Below are positions 18,040 to 29,141 of a stretch of DNA of 55,839 nucleotides, one piece after another. The DNA comes from Rubrobacteraceae bacterium (GTDB lineage Bacteria; Actinomycetota; Rubrobacteria; Rubrobacterales; Rubrobacteraceae): the NCBI GenBank assembly GCA_035296885.1, contig DATHAB010000055.1, forward strand, positions 1-55,839. The letters run 5' to 3'. The number at the start of each line of letters is the position of its first letter. Positions within the stretch are counted from its first letter, which is position 1. The position numbers were made by a program, and so were the translations under genes. Under the pieces are notes generated by a model. That model worked only from the letters and a program-made list of their open reading frames with translations, was not told where the DNA came from and did not search any database.

Positions 18040-20316
18040 TTATACCTCCTCGGGGTCCATGTTTATATGCGTCTTGAGCCCGCCGCGGTCACGAGCCAAC
18101 AACCGGGCGACTAGCGCCGCGGCCTCCGTAAGCGCGGCTCGCTTGCGGCTCCGCAACAGCGCCCGCCAGGCGGGAAGCCTTCGGTTTCCCGGAGATAGTG
18201 GCACAACGATCGGGACCGGGTCGAGCAACTCTACCCCACTTACGAGGGCGGGTCGCAGACGTGATTCTACCGCATGCCGCACCTCCTCCTCGGCTCCCTC
18301 GAAGGTGATCTCCGCCAGATGTGTGTAGGGCGGGTACCCCAAAGCGCGGCGCTTCGGCAGCTCCGCACTTGCGAACGCCTCGTAGTGACCACGCAGCGCT
18401 GCTTGAAGGGTAGGATGCTCCGGCGAACGGGTCTGCACGAGTAGCTGGTCTTTGCTCGCCTCGGCCGCCCTATACAGAAATCTGAAACCCTTCTCGGTGG
18501 AGTCTAGGCCGCCGAAAAGAAGCGAGTCCGCGTCGGGGATTACACCCAGGTCCCACTCCTCCTCGAGCACGCATCGAGCCGTGCCCACCACGACCGGTGC
18601 CCCCCCTTCCCCTTCCCGCTCGGAAGCTGTTAGGAGCCCCACTTCGACGTCTAGAGTGTTCGCCAGTATTCCCCGCACCCGCTCGACGGTGATGCCAACG
18701 CTGCTAAGGCGATCCGAACCGCAGGCCAGACATTCCTTAGCGCCGCTTCCCCTATAACCACAATGACCGCAGAAGAGAAAATCCACACCTAGTTCTCCTT
18801 GAGACCTTAGGGACAAGCCACATACCGGACACACCCGCACGAAGCCGCATCGATTGCAGGAAAGGCTCACAATGCGGCCGATTCGGTTCACCATGACGCC
18901 TACACGCCCCCCGAGGCGGGCCGTCCGGCGGCAGGCGTCGAGTAGGGTCGAGCTTAATAGAGCTCCCGTACCCCGCATATCTATCACAGCGACCTCCGGC
19001 CATCGAGAGGGTGCACGAGGCGGTAGACGTCGCGTCCCACTCTCCGGAGCGTACAACCGCAAGGAAGGGCAAGGCGAGAAGAAAAAAACGGCGGCTCCCT
19101 CAATCCGGCCCCGTGCGCACGCCAGGTCGCGGACGTGAACAGGGACGCCCTCGTACCCTGGAGACGCCCGGTGTGCTTCGTTCGGCTCGTCTACCACGCA
19201 AATGGCTCCGAGGCGCATCATCGGCACGAGCATCGCTGTGCGTGTGCCTACCAAAACGTCTACTTCGCCGCGACGCGCCGCTTCGTAGACTGCAACGCGG
19301 CTCCGACCCAGCCCACTATGGTACGGCGCGACCGCGAGCCCCGCAGGTAGCAGCATCTCGAACGTCTCCACCAGCCGCTTGACATCCTCGATCTCTGGCG
19401 CGAGCACCAGGGCCTGCTCCCCTCGTCTGATAGTAGCCTTCACGACGGCCGCCGTCGCCGCGACAAACTCCACACGTGGCATCCGCCATACCCAATCCCC
19501 ACCTTGGGAGAGCGCCCATTCCACCCCTCCCGTATACTCGGCTAAAGTCGCGCCAGAACCTCTTGTGTAAGAACTAGGGGTCGGCTCTGGCCTTTTCTCC
19601 GACCGTACGGCCCCACGTCGAACCAGCCGTCGGAGGACATCCCTCCCGGCGCCGGTCGCATGTAGAAGGTCCACGACCGAAGCACCGTCATCGTGCTCCA
19701 TAAGGGCTTTTAGAAGCGCCCGCTGCCGGGGCGCCCTTCGACACGAATCGAGAGCGCCCTCAACAGGAATGGCCCACTCGACGGTCCGTTGGGCCGGCAG
19801 CGCAGGGGCAAGCGCAACCCTCCCAGCTCTCTCTGCGGCCTTCAAGCCCTCGCCGCCCAAAGTACCACGCAGCTTACTCCGGGTTACAGTGCTGCCCACC
19901 TTAAAGGGCCAGTCCGGGGCGGGATGACGTACCACGTAGAGTGAGAGATCAAGGCCCGGCGGGAGCGCCATCCGGAGCACGCCGTGTAGCGAGAGGGCCG
20001 ACGCTTTGGCAGCCCAGCTACAGAGCTTTACCAGGTTTTTGGGGAGAGAGATCTCCCCAACCACAGCCCGTATCTCCTCGAGCGATCGCCCCTCCGGCGC
20101 TCTCTCGAACCCGACGATGATGCCGACCCGGGAGTAAGCGGAGAGGGGGGCAACAACCGCCGTCCCGACTCGAACCTCCTTCGCGAAGCGCTTCGGCACG
20201 CGGTAGCTAAGGGAAGGCAGGGCGTGCGAGGGTATAAGGAGGCTCACACGCGCGACTATTGGGGCGGTCCCCCGGCGCTCGCCCGCAGGGGCTCGTCGCG
20301 CCGGGGGACCGGACAA
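18040..20316 (-). CDS. priA: Primosomal protein N' (PriA), helicase motifs degenerate
   Basis: LVLAPEI, YHSGL, VGTRTA, four CxxC motifs, YPPY; metK-priA-def-fmt synteny. Confidence 0.9.
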   Translation of the reverse strand: MSGPPARRAPAGERRGTAPIVARVSLLIPSHALPSLSYRVPKRFAKEVRVGTAVVAPLSAYSRVGIIVGFERAPEGRSLEEIRAVVGEISLPKNLVKLCSWAAKASALSLHGVLRMALPPGLDLSLYVVRHPAPDWPFKVGSTVTRSKLRGTLGGEGLKAAERAGRVALAPALPAQRTVEWAIPVEGALDSCRRAPRQRALLKALMEHDDGASVVDLLHATGAGRDVLRRLVRRGAVRSEKRPEPTPSSYTRGSGATLAEYTGGVEWALSQGGDWVWRMPRVEFVAATAAVVKATIRRGEQALVLAPEIEDVKRLVETFEMLLPAGLAVAPYHSGLGRSRVAVYEAARRGEVDVLVGTRTAMLVPMMRLGAICVVDEPNEAHRASPGYEGVPVHVRDLACARGRIEGAAVFFFSPCPSLRLYAPESGTRRLPPRAPSRWPEVAVIDMRGTGALLSSTLLDACRRTARLGGRVGVMVNRIGRIVSLSCNRCGFVRVCPVCGLSLRSQGELGVDFLFCGHCGYRGSGAKECLACGSDRLSSVGITVERVRGILANTLDVEVGLLTASEREGEGGAPVVVGTARCVLEEEWDLGVIPDADSLLFGGLDSTEKGFRFLYRAAEASKDQLLVQTRSPEHPTLQAALRGHYEAFASAELPKRRALGYPPYTHLAEITFEGAEEEVRHAVESRLRPALVSGVELLDPVPIVVPLSPGNRRLPAWRALLRSRKRAALTEAAALVARLLARDRGGLKTHINMDPEEV

Positions 20317-21573
20317 TTACAAGCCCGCGGCGCGGCGCAGCTCGTCGGCCCGGTCGGTCCGCTCCCAGGCAAAGCTCGGCTCGCTGCGCCCAAAGTGACC
20401 ATAAGCAGCGGTCGGCGCGTAGATCGGACGCCTGAGCTCAAGGTCGCGGATGATCGCCCCAGGCCTAAGATCGAAGTGCTCCTCGACGAGGGCATGCATC
20501 GTGGTCATGTCCACGATCTCGGTACCAAAGGCCTCGATCATGACGCTCACCGGACGAGCGACCCCTATGGCATAGGCTACCTGCACGAGGCACCGTTCGG
20601 CGAGGCCCGCCGCCACGACGTTCTTGGCGACGTACCGGGCGGCGTAAGCACCCGAGCGGTCGACCTTCGTCGGGTCCTTGCCCGAGAAGGCGCCCCCACC
20701 GTGAGGTGCTGCCCCGCCGTAAGTGTCGACGATGATTTTGCGCCCAGTGAGCCCGCAGTCGCCCTGGGGACCACCAACCACGAATCGGCCTGTGGGGTTG
20801 ACGAAGATCTTAGTATTCTCCTTGTCGAAGAGCTCCTCGGGCATGGCCGGCTCGATCACGGCCTCCAAAAGGTCGCCTTTTATCTGGCTCTCCACCCCAT
20901 CTTGGTGCTGGGTGCTTATGAGGACCGTGTCTATGCCAACAGGACGGGTGCCTTCGTAGCGCACCGTCACCTGGCTCTTGCCGTCAGGCCTCAGGTAAGG
21001 AAGGTCACCAGACTTCCTTACTTCCGTAAGGCGTCGCGTCAAAGCGTGGGCGAGCGAGATCGGCGCCGGCATAAGCTCTTCGGTCTCCTGAGTGGCGTAG
21101 CCGAACATCATACCCTGGTCCCCTGCGCCTACTTCTTCGATCTCGGCGTCGGTCATCTCGACGGTCTCTCCGGCCGCAGCATCTGCAGCCCTGTCTACAC
21201 CCTGGGCGATGTCGGACGACTGGGGGTCTATCGAGACTATGACGCCGCAGGTCTCGGCGTCGAAGCCGAACTTGGCCCTCGTGTAGCCGATCTCAGAGAC
21301 CTTGCTCCGCACGAGGGTCGGGATGTCCACGTAAGTACTAGTGGTGATCTCGCCAGCCACCACCACGAGCCCCGTGGTCACCATCGTCTCGCAAGCAACG
21401 CGGGCCTGCGGGTCGTTCTTTAGGGCCGCATCGAGGATCGTGTCGGAGATCTGGTCGGCTATCTTGTCCGGGTGCCCCTCGGTGACCGACTCGCTCGTAA
21501 AGAGGTGCGTGGTCTTCGCCCCTGCTCCTATCCCCTCGCCGACCGCCGACCTCGTTACCGTACTCTCCGCCAT
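20317..21573 (-). CDS. metK: S-adenosylmethionine synthetase
   Basis: [28 protein letters not shown]. Confidence 0.99.
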   Translation of the reverse strand: MAESTVTRSAVGEGIGAGAKTTHLFTSESVTEGHPDKIADQISDTILDAALKNDPQARVACETMVTTGLVVVAGEITTSTYVDIPTLVRSKVSEIGYTRAKFGFDAETCGVIVSIDPQSSDIAQGVDRAADAAAGETVEMTDAEIEEVGAGDQGMMFGYATQETEELMPAPISLAHALTRRLTEVRKSGDLPYLRPDGKSQVTVRYEGTRPVGIDTVLISTQHQDGVESQIKGDLLEAVIEPAMPEELFDKENTKIFVNPTGRFVVGGPQGDCGLTGRKIIVDTYGGAAPHGGGAFSGKDPTKVDRSGAYAARYVAKNVVAAGLAERCLVQVAYAIGVARPVSVMIEAFGTEIVDMTTMHALVEEHFDLRPGAIIRDLELRRPIYAPTAAYGHFGRSEPSFAWERTDRADELRRAAGL

Positions 21574-21577
21574 GCTC

Positions 21578-22696
21578 TTAAGCCTCCTGCTCTTGCCTGC
21601 TCTCCTGAGAGGTTTTCTTTTCCAAAGCGTCCAGTATAGCGCGCGCCACTACCGTTTTTTCGGCGCGGGGTACGAAACGCTCCCCGTCCTGGCCCACTAT
21701 AACCACCTCGTTCTCGTCGGAGCCGAAGCCCGAGTCCGAGATCGAGATGTCGTTGCCAACTACGAGGTCTACGCCCTTCGTCTTTAGCTTCTCGCGGGCG
21801 TCGGACAAGGAGTCCCCGTACGTTGCGGCGAATCCTATCATAAAGAGGTTCGGATTAGACTCCCTGACGGCCTGTAGGATGTCCCCAGTCGCCACGAGCT
21901 TGAGGTTGATCCCCTTCGCGCCGCCCCGGCGGATCTTGCCCTCCTCGACCGTCTCGGGCGTAAAATCCGAGATAGCTGCCGCCATAATAAGGACGTCCGC
22001 ATGCGGGGCGAGCCTCATGGTGGTCTCCTCGATCTCCTCGTATGTCTCGACGTCCACCCAACTAACGCCCGGCTCTTTCTCCTCCACGTTCGCGGCGACG
22101 ACCGTGACCTCGGCTCCGCACCGGAACGCTTCATGGGCCAAAGCACGTCCCATCTTCCCAGACGAGCGGTTGCTCACGACGCGCACCTTGTCTATCGGCT
22201 CTCGCGTCCCTCCGGCCGTAATGAGCACACGCAACCCTGAGAGTGGTCCTCCCAAAGTGTGAAACACCTCGCCCACGATTGCCTTTGGCGAGGCCATATT
22301 CTCCCCCAACCCCTCCAGCACGCGGTACCCATCCTTCCTCAAAAGCTCTACGTTCTCGCGTACGGCCGGGTGCTTACGGGTAGCCTCGTCCAGCTCAGTA
22401 GCGACGATCGCCGGCCGAATACCGGTAATATAGGCTTGTTCAGCAGTCCGAGCGCCCAGGCCCCAGGTGAGCCGGGCCAAAGTGCCGGCGGTGGCGGGTG
22501 CAAAGACAACGGCTTCGGGAGGTTCGGTAGCCTCTTCGAAGAGGGACGCAAAGGCTGTGAAGGCGGCAGGACCAACGAAACGATTTGCACCCGGGGCGAA
22601 CGCAACCTCGACGCGATGCCCGGTAGAGGCGAGCTCGGCGGCGATCTGCGGGGCTTGGAGCGCTCCCGGCCCGGAACCGGCCGCGAGGAGGATCAA
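21578..22696 (-). CDS. coaBC: CoaBC homolog: intact CoaB ligase domain, degenerate CoaC domain
   Basis: [35 protein letters not shown]; N-terminal domain keeps only APATA; rpoZ-coaBC-metK synteny. Confidence 0.9.
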   Translation of the reverse strand: MILLAAGSGPGALQAPQIAAELASTGHRVEVAFAPGANRFVGPAAFTAFASLFEEATEPPEAVVFAPATAGTLARLTWGLGARTAEQAYITGIRPAIVATELDEATRKHPAVRENVELLRKDGYRVLEGLGENMASPKAIVGEVFHTLGGPLSGLRVLITAGGTREPIDKVRVVSNRSSGKMGRALAHEAFRCGAEVTVVAANVEEKEPGVSWVDVETYEEIEETTMRLAPHADVLIMAAAISDFTPETVEEGKIRRGGAKGINLKLVATGDILQAVRESNPNLFMIGFAATYGDSLSDAREKLKTKGVDLVVGNDISISDSGFGSDENEVVIVGQDGERFVPRAEKTVVARAILDALEKKTSQESRQEQEA

Positions 22697-22717
22697 GGCC
22701 CGATCTCTTGCGTAGTC

Positions 22718-23095
22718 TTAGGCAGCACCTTCGTCGGGGGAGCCAAGACCGCCGGGAGCTTCGTCGGCGTCGCCCCCGGAGACAGGGCCCGTGCCAGGAG
22801 AAGGGTTCAAGAAGTCGTCGCCAGCTGCGGCGGGTTCGACCTCTTGGTCGACCTCCTCAGGCAGGCTCTTAAAGCTCACCTCGAGCTTACCCTGCCGGAG
22901 CTCCTCGAAGGCGATGGTCAAGGGATGCTGGGAGCGGGTGTGGACCTGCGGCCCCGGGATGCCCAGAGATTCGTTCAGTCCTAAGGTGGCTGTATACTCG
23001 TTGATCTGGCGTGCCCGCCGGGCGCCCGACAGAACGAGCCCGTAACGGGAGTCTACCTTGTCCAACAGTTCGTCTATCTTCAGCTCGTTAAGCAC
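22718..23095 (-). CDS. rpoZ: RNA polymerase omega subunit
   Basis: IDELLDKVDSRYGLV...ARRARQI, PLTIAFEEL. Confidence 0.95.
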   Translation of the reverse strand: MLNELKIDELLDKVDSRYGLVLSGARRARQINEYTATLGLNESLGIPGPQVHTRSQHPLTIAFEELRQGKLEVSFKSLPEEVDQEVEPAAAGDDFLNPSPGTGPVSGGDADEAPGGLGSPDEGAA

Positions 23096-23096
23096 T

Positions 23097-23672
23097 CTAA
23101 GCGCCTCCTTCTCGTTCTACGATGTTCTTTATAGTCTCGATCATCTCTTCCCGAGCTCTCTCGCGGTCGTCGTTTACGACCTCGTAGTCGAACTCGCTCC
23201 TCGCTGCAACCTCCGAGACGGCAGTAGTCATGCGGGCCTCCATAGCCTCCAGGTCTTCGGTAGCCCGGCCTTCGAGCCGCCTGCGTGTCTCCTCCAGATC
23301 GGGTGCGCGTACAAAGACCATAACCGCGTCCGGGCGCTCCTCGCGCACTTGCCTTGCACCCTGCAACTCTATCTCAAGGATTACAGAGCGTCCGCTCCTC
23401 AAGAACTCCTCAACCTTGTGCTCAGGCGTGCCATAGAGGTTTTCAGAGTACTCAGCCCACTCAAGAAAGCGACCTTCGTCGATCCACCGCTCGAACCTGT
23501 CACGACTGAGGAAAACATAATCGCGGCCATCGATCTCTCCTTCACGGGGCCTCCTCGTGGTCGCCGAGACGGAGTAGACAAGCTCGGGCACGGCATCCAA
23601 AGCGGCCCGGATAAGGGTGGACTTGCCGGCCCCGGAGGGACCGGAGACGACGATCAACCTCCCTAGTCCCAA
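23097..23672 (-). CDS. gmk: Guanylate kinase
   Basis: SGPSGAGKST, SATTRRPREGE, YGTP, EIELQGARQV. Confidence 0.98.
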   Translation of the reverse strand: MGLGRLIVVSGPSGAGKSTLIRAALDAVPELVYSVSATTRRPREGEIDGRDYVFLSRDRFERWIDEGRFLEWAEYSENLYGTPEHKVEEFLRSGRSVILEIELQGARQVREERPDAVMVFVRAPDLEETRRRLEGRATEDLEAMEARMTTAVSEVAARSEFDYEVVNDDRERAREEMIETIKNIVEREGGA

Positions 23673-23980
23673 CCCAAAGCCCTGATCAAACGATCCCGCT
23701 GACCATGCGTGAGACCAACGAGCGTCTTCGCCCGGCTTATCCCCGCCTCGCGCATGATCCTGTTCACCTTTACCCGCCCAATACCCCGTACGGCAAGCAG
23801 CATCTCCTCAACCTTGGCACCCTTGAGCTCCTCCGAAGGATCCATGAGCAAATCGTAAAGGGTGAGTCGACCGCTCTTGAGGTCGCGCTTGGCATCGGCC
23901 CGGGCGAAACGCACCCGGTTCGCCTCCTCCAACGCGCTTCGTCTTTCCTGCTCTGTTCTCTCAGGAGCCCGTCTCAGCAT
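23663..23980 (-). CDS. mihF: Actinobacterial integration host factor (mIHF/sIHF)
   Basis: ERRSALEEA...RADAKRDLKSG, KVEEMLLAVRGIGRVK H2TH motif; directly before gmk; start reassigned to ATG 23980 (or TTG 23983). Confidence 0.9.
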   Translation of the reverse strand: MLRRAPERTEQERRSALEEANRVRFARADAKRDLKSGRLTLYDLLMDPSEELKGAKVEEMLLAVRGIGRVKVNRIMREAGISRAKTLVGLTHGQRDRLIRALGWD

Positions 23981-23989
23981 CAACCCTGT

Positions 23990-23998
23990 AGTATACCA
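23990..23998 (-). promoter_or_regulatory. Extended -10 (TGgTATACT) for a probably leaderless mihF transcript
   Basis: 6 nt before TTG-ATG, with no Shine-Dalgarno in between. Confidence 0.55.
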
Positions 23999-24029
23999 GC
24001 CCAGACGCTCGAATTCCGCTAGAGAAAGC

Positions 24030-24941
24030 CTACAAGGACCTTGTAAGGTCCTTTGCCCGCAGCCCGTTCTCCTCAAGGTAGGCCGCAAATTCCTCGAGTA
24101 TTTTTTTCGGCTCCCGGACGAAGCTTCCAGACCCCACCTGTACTGCCGTAGCTCCCGCAAGCATGAACTCCGCAACGTCTGTCCCGCTCGCCACCCCGCC
24201 GCACCCGATCACGGGCGCTTCTACTACCTGCGAGACCTCGTAGACCGCTCGCAGAGCGATCGGCTTTATCGCCGGTCCCGAAAGCCCGCCGCGTAGGAAA
24301 ACCCGCCGCTCGTGCGAGTCCACGACAAGCGCTGGAAGAGTGTTGATGAGTGTCAACGCGGAAGCCCCGGCCTCTTCAGCGGCCACCGCATTGTCCACGG
24401 CTCCTGCCTCGGTCAGCTTCGCAATCAGTGGCTTATAGCGAAGCGCATCACGGCAAGCTGCGACTAACTGCCCAACAGCTCCTGGACCGGCAAGGTAGTG
24501 GTTTCCATAGCGCTTCTCGTAGAAATAACCAGTGTCACGAACATTACCTGGGCACGAGAGGTTGAGCTCTACCGCCGCGATCCTCTCGTCTTCTGCAAGC
24601 CTCTCACACATCGCGGCAAAATTTGCCACAGTATCTGCCGCCACAGACACGAAGATAGGCAGCCCGACACCGTAGTTGTCGAGGTTCTCTAGAAAATGTT
24701 GCAAACCGGGGTTCTGGAGCCCGATAGAGTTGACCATTCCGGACGAAACCTCGGCGAGGCGGGGTGGCGGATTGCCGACCCGAGGTTTGGGCGTCACGGT
24801 CTTAGGGAGCAACGCCCCGTAGGCGTCCTTCCCTTCCCCAAGCGCCTCTTTCGACATGGTGCCAGCTGCTGGGATCAGAGGCGTCGCCAGCGAGATACCG
24901 CAAAGCTCTACAGCGAGAGCCGATTGTCTGACTTCCACCAC
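24030..24941 (-). CDS. pyrD: Dihydroorotate dehydrogenase family 1B, catalytic subunit
   Basis: GNPPPR, NSIGLQNPG, ELNLSCP, INT, GGLSGPAIKP. Confidence 0.95.
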   Translation of the reverse strand: MVEVRQSALAVELCGISLATPLIPAAGTMSKEALGEGKDAYGALLPKTVTPKPRVGNPPPRLAEVSSGMVNSIGLQNPGLQHFLENLDNYGVGLPIFVSVAADTVANFAAMCERLAEDERIAAVELNLSCPGNVRDTGYFYEKRYGNHYLAGPGAVGQLVAACRDALRYKPLIAKLTEAGAVDNAVAAEEAGASALTLINTLPALVVDSHERRVFLRGGLSGPAIKPIALRAVYEVSQVVEAPVIGCGGVASGTDVAEFMLAGATAVQVGSGSFVREPKKILEEFAAYLEENGLRAKDLTRSL

Positions 24942-25050
24942 GAGGCCAAGTTCTCCCTAACAAAGCAGCCTTAACAACTAAAACGATTTGAAACTATAGC
25001 TGATGCGCACCCGCTTGTCTGTAAACATAATCCGTATAATCCCAATTTTT

Positions 25051-25072
25051 AACACTGTGAAAACACTGTGAA
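25051..25072. repeat. Perfect 11-nt tandem repeat AACACTGTGAA x2 (minus strand TCACAGT-N4-TCACAGT), candidate response-regulator site
   Basis: Seen directly in the AT-rich pyrK-pyrD spacer. Confidence 0.7.
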
Positions 25073-25202
25073 TTATGAAGTAGCAGCACTCAATTACGAG
25101 AGAAAAGAAAACGATTACCGATAGTGTCTTTGGACCAAAGAATCTGAAAAGTCAAGCCCACGGTCGAATTCGCCTATGTTGGGCGTGCCTATCGCCCCTT
25201 CA

Positions 25203-25970
25203 CTATTCTAGAGTTCCTAAAACCTCAGCCGGAAAGACTGGCCCCTCGATGCAGGCCCTCGCATAGGTGAGTTCCTCAGATTCCCAGATCGGGACAGCGC
25301 AACCGTAGCAGGAACCGTTCGCGCAAGCCATTCGCTCGCGTAGCGCGAGCTGCACGGAAGTTGTGCCTCCTAGGGAGGCGCTCTTTACAGCAGCTGATAA
25401 CTGTACGGGACCACTGGTATAAAGGGCGCGGTAGCGTGCAAGATCCCCAACGCACTCCAAGACCGTTTGTGCAGAAGACGCCGGAGACCCGTCCGTTGGT
25501 AGCAGGATAGCCTCAGGATAGTTTTTGCTGATCCACCCAGCATAGTCTTTCGGAGCGGTGCTCGCAACCTCCAAAAAAACGTCGTACGGGATGCCGAATT
25601 CGGCCAAGCGCCTACTCAGAAGTTTTAGCGGGGCAACCCAGACGCCCCCACCGACGAGTGCCACCGGACCTCTATTTTCGACGGTAAAACCCTGGCCCAA
25701 AGGCGCGCTGACTAGCAGCACAGAATCCTTTTCGGCTAGCAGCGTGGTTCCGCGGCCCCGGATCTCGAAGAGCAGGCTTGCGACGCCATCATCATAGTCA
25801 TGGGCGAAAAAGGGACGGGAGAGAAAGGGATTAAAGCTGTGAGCTGATTTAACGGTGCGTGCCATCACAAACTGGCCGGGCTCGGGTGGCTCTCCAGTCC
25901 AGCGGTAGCGGAGGAGCGTGTGATTGCCGAACCTCTCGCGGCCAATAATTTCCGTCTCGTGGAGCTTCAT
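25203..25970 (-). CDS. pyrK: Dihydroorotate dehydrogenase electron-transfer subunit
   Basis: [30 protein letters not shown]...C.EGPVF [2Fe-2S] motif; ATG 25970 overlaps the carB stop. Confidence 0.92.
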   Translation of the reverse strand: MKLHETEIIGRERFGNHTLLRYRWTGEPPEPGQFVMARTVKSAHSFNPFLSRPFFAHDYDDGVASLLFEIRGRGTTLLAEKDSVLLVSAPLGQGFTVENRGPVALVGGGVWVAPLKLLSRRLAEFGIPYDVFLEVASTAPKDYAGWISKNYPEAILLPTDGSPASSAQTVLECVGDLARYRALYTSGPVQLSAAVKSASLGGTTSVQLALRERMACANGSCYGCAVPIWESEELTYARACIEGPVFPAEVLGTLE

Positions 25971-28900
25971 GCCTTTGGGGCGTAGAGGCCCTGCAGGGAG
26001 TTGATCCTTTCGGTGCCACCCCGGATCTTGAACTCTATACCCTGGACGGCGGCCGCCGCCCCGGCGAGGGTGGTGATGCAGGGCACGCCGTGCATGAGGG
26101 CTTTGCGCCGGATCAGATACCCGTCCGTCCTGGCCCCCCTCCCCCACGGCGTGTTCACCAGCAGGTCCACCCCACCGCGCTCGATTAGGCCCAAGACATC
26201 CTCCCCGTTCTCCCCGATCTTAGGCACCACCACGACCGACAAGCCGTTGTTCTTCAAAACCTCAGCCGTTCCCTCGCTCGCCGCGACCTCGAACCCCAGG
26301 TCGGCGAAAGCCCGGGCGATTAGTACGACCGCACGCTTGTCCCGGTTCGCCACAGAGATGTACACCCTTCCTGCGGTTGGCAAGGTCTGCCCTGCCGCTT
26401 CGAGCGCCTTGGCGAAGGCGCCGCCGAAGGCGCGGTCTATCCCCATCGCCTCCCCCGTCGAGCGCATCTCCGGCCCCAGCAAAGGATCCACCCCCGCAAA
26501 GCGGTCGAACGGAAAGACCGGCGCTTTGACGCTGAAGTGTCCGTCCGTGCTCAAGCCTAATAGCTCCATATCCCTAAGCTTCTCCCCGACGAGCACGCGA
26601 GTAGCCACCTTGGCGAGCGGCACACCCGTAGCCTTAGAGACGAAAGGTACCGTGCGCGAGGCGCGGGGGTTGCACTCTATGACGAGAACGTCCTCGCCGC
26701 GCACCACGAACTGAACGTTCATCAACCCCACGACCCCGATCGCGAGCGCCAACCGCCTCGTATAGTCCTCGATTTGCTTTAAAAGCGCCCCGTGTATCGT
26801 GATCGGGGGCGTAACGCACGAAGAGTCCCCCGAATGGACGCCGGCCTCCTCGACGTGCTCCATGATCCCCCCGACGTACACCTCCTCCCCGTCCGAAACC
26901 GCATCCACATCTACCTCAACGTAATCCTCCATGAACTTATCGATGAGAATCGAGTGCTCTGGAGTAGTGTTAACGCTAGACCTCAGATACAAATTCAGGT
27001 CTTCGTCAGTGTAGGCGATCTCCATCCGCCGTCCCCCGAGGACATAGGAAGGTCGGACAACGACGGGGTATCCAAGCTCTCGGGCGATTTCCCGGGTTTC
27101 TTCAGCACTCTTGGCGGGGCCGAATCGGGGGTGTGGGATGCCGAGTTCGGTGAGGAGACGCCCGAATCGGGAGCGATCCTCAGCCAGGTCTATTGCGTCG
27201 GGCTTGGTACCGAGGATCTTCACGCCGTTTTTTTCGAGCTCGCGGGCGAGTCTAAGCGGACTCTGGCCCCCGAACTGCAGGATCACGCCCTCCGGTCTCT
27301 CGCGTCTGACGACCTCGAGGACGTGCTCGGCGGTTAGCGGCTCGAAATAGAGGCGCGTCGAGGTGTCGTAGTCTGTCGAAACGGTCTCCGGGTTGGAGTT
27401 GATCATCACCGCCTCCAACCCAGCTTCTTTGAGAGCGTAACTCGCGTGGACGCAGGCATAGTCAAACTCGATGCCCTGCCCGATCCGGTTTGGGCCGCTC
27501 CCGAGCACGACCACCGAAGGGCTCTCCCCGCGTTCGACCTCGTCTTCGACCTCGTAAGTCGAGTAGTAGTAGGGGGTCCTTGCCGGGAACTCTCCGGCGC
27601 AGGTGTCAACGGACTTGTATGTTGGATGAATTCCCAAGGCCTCACGTACGCCCCGCATTACCTCCGTCGAAGCACCGGTTGCCACGCCGAGGGCACCGTC
27701 GGAAAGCCCCAACCTCTTCAGGTCCATAAGCTCCTCTGCCCTCAGAGCCTCCGAAACCGCACCTTCAGTAGTGACAATCCTGGCTATAGAAGCGACGAAG
27801 AACGGGTCTATGAGGGTGCGGGCAGAGATCTCCGGTACGTCCAATCCCGCCCTCAAGGCATCAAAGACCGCGAAGATCCGGTACGGATTCGGTTCGTCTA
27901 GGAGGTCCGCTTTTATATCCTGTGGTTCGACCTCGAGTGAAGCCATAGCTTTCAGGAGGCTCTCCGTGAACGTACGGCCTATGGCCATGACCTCCCCCAC
28001 GGAGTGCATCTTGGTGGTGAGCCGGGCTGCCGTGCCGGGGAACTTTTCGAAGGCGAAGCGCGGTATCTTCGTTACCACGTAGTCGAGGGCCGGCTCGAAG
28101 GAGGCAGGAGTAGCGCGGGTGATGTCGTTTGGGATCTCGTCCAACGAATATCCCACCGCAAGCTTCGCCGCGATCTTGGCGATAGGAAACCCAGTCGCCT
28201 TGCTCGCCAGAGCACTGCTCCGCGAGACGCGCGGGTTCATCTCGATCACGTAAAAGTCCTCGCCCTCCGGATCTACCGCAAACTGTATGTTAGATCCGCC
28301 CGTAGAAACCCCGATCTCTCGTATTATGCGTACAGAGGCGTCGCGAAGTGCCTGGTACTGTCTGTCGGAGAGGGTTTGGGAGGGAGCGACGGTTATAGAG
28401 TCACCGGTGTGGACCCCCATCGGGTCTATGTTCTCGATGGAGCAGATGACGACGACGTTGTCTGCGAGGTCGCGCATGACCTCGAGCTCGAACTCCTTCC
28501 AGCCGATGACGCTCCGCTCGACGAGGACGCTACGGACGGGACTGGCGTCGAGGCCGTCGGCGACAGCGTAGCGGAGCTCTTCGAGGTCGTTCGCCCTGGC
28601 GCCGCCCTTGCCACCCAGGGTGAAACTTGGGCGGATAATGAGGGGGAAGCCTATGTGCCGGGCCAGATCTAGGGCCTCTTCAGGGCTGCGAACGAGGCGG
28701 CTTTCGGGGACCTTGAGGCCTAAGCGTTCCATCGCCTCCCGGAAGAGGTGGCGGTCCTCGGCCTTGCGGATGGAGGAGACGGAGGCACCGAGGAGCTCGA
28801 CTCCGTACTCTTCCAGAACGCCCTTTGCGTGCAGCTCGATGGCGAGGTTCAAGGCGGTCTGCCCGCCGAGAGTTGGCAGCAGGGCGTCTGGGTGTTCGCG

Positions 28901-29137
28901 ACGTATGATCTCTGCGACCGTCTCAACGGTGAGCGGTTCGATGTAGGTAGCGTCAGCGATCTCGGGGTCGGTCATGATTGTGGCGGGGTTAGAGTTTACG
29001 AGGATCACGCGGTACCCCTCGTCGCGCAAGGCTCGGCAGGCCTGTGTCCCCGAGTAGTCGAACTCGGCGGCCTGCCCGATGACTATGGGTCCCGAGCCGA
29101 TGATCAGTATGTTCTCGATGTCGTTTCGGCGTGGCAA
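25967..29137 (-). CDS. carB: Carbamoyl-phosphate synthase large subunit
   Basis: [41 protein letters not shown]-terminal MGS domain. Confidence 0.99.
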   Translation of the reverse strand: MPRRNDIENILIIGSGPIVIGQAAEFDYSGTQACRALRDEGYRVILVNSNPATIMTDPEIADATYIEPLTVETVAEIIRREHPDALLPTLGGQTALNLAIELHAKGVLEEYGVELLGASVSSIRKAEDRHLFREAMERLGLKVPESRLVRSPEEALDLARHIGFPLIIRPSFTLGGKGGARANDLEELRYAVADGLDASPVRSVLVERSVIGWKEFELEVMRDLADNVVVICSIENIDPMGVHTGDSITVAPSQTLSDRQYQALRDASVRIIREIGVSTGGSNIQFAVDPEGEDFYVIEMNPRVSRSSALASKATGFPIAKIAAKLAVGYSLDEIPNDITRATPASFEPALDYVVTKIPRFAFEKFPGTAARLTTKMHSVGEVMAIGRTFTESLLKAMASLEVEPQDIKADLLDEPNPYRIFAVFDALRAGLDVPEISARTLIDPFFVASIARIVTTEGAVSEALRAEELMDLKRLGLSDGALGVATGASTEVMRGVREALGIHPTYKSVDTCAGEFPARTPYYYSTYEVEDEVERGESPSVVVLGSGPNRIGQGIEFDYACVHASYALKEAGLEAVMINSNPETVSTDYDTSTRLYFEPLTAEHVLEVVRRERPEGVILQFGGQSPLRLARELEKNGVKILGTKPDAIDLAEDRSRFGRLLTELGIPHPRFGPAKSAEETREIARELGYPVVVRPSYVLGGRRMEIAYTDEDLNLYLRSSVNTTPEHSILIDKFMEDYVEVDVDAVSDGEEVYVGGIMEHVEEAGVHSGDSSCVTPPITIHGALLKQIEDYTRRLALAIGVVGLMNVQFVVRGEDVLVIECNPRASRTVPFVSKATGVPLAKVATRVLVGEKLRDMELLGLSTDGHFSVKAPVFPFDRFAGVDPLLGPEMRSTGEAMGIDRAFGGAFAKALEAAGQTLPTAGRVYISVANRDKRAVVLIARAFADLGFEVAASEGTAEVLKNNGLSVVVVPKIGENGEDVLGLIERGGVDLLVNTPWGRGARTDGYLIRRKALMHGVPCITTLAGAAAAVQGIEFKIRGGTERINSLQGLYAPKA

Positions 29138-29141
29138 GGCT

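Noticed and set aside
20224-21423. 399-aa plus-strand ORF, and many similar plus-strand ORFs across the window
   Set aside because: Antisense shadows of conserved genes (here metK), expected from high-GC codon bias; no recognisable motifs
21574-21600. SAM riboswitch upstream of metK
   Set aside because: Only 4 nt separate coaBC and metK, leaving no leader space
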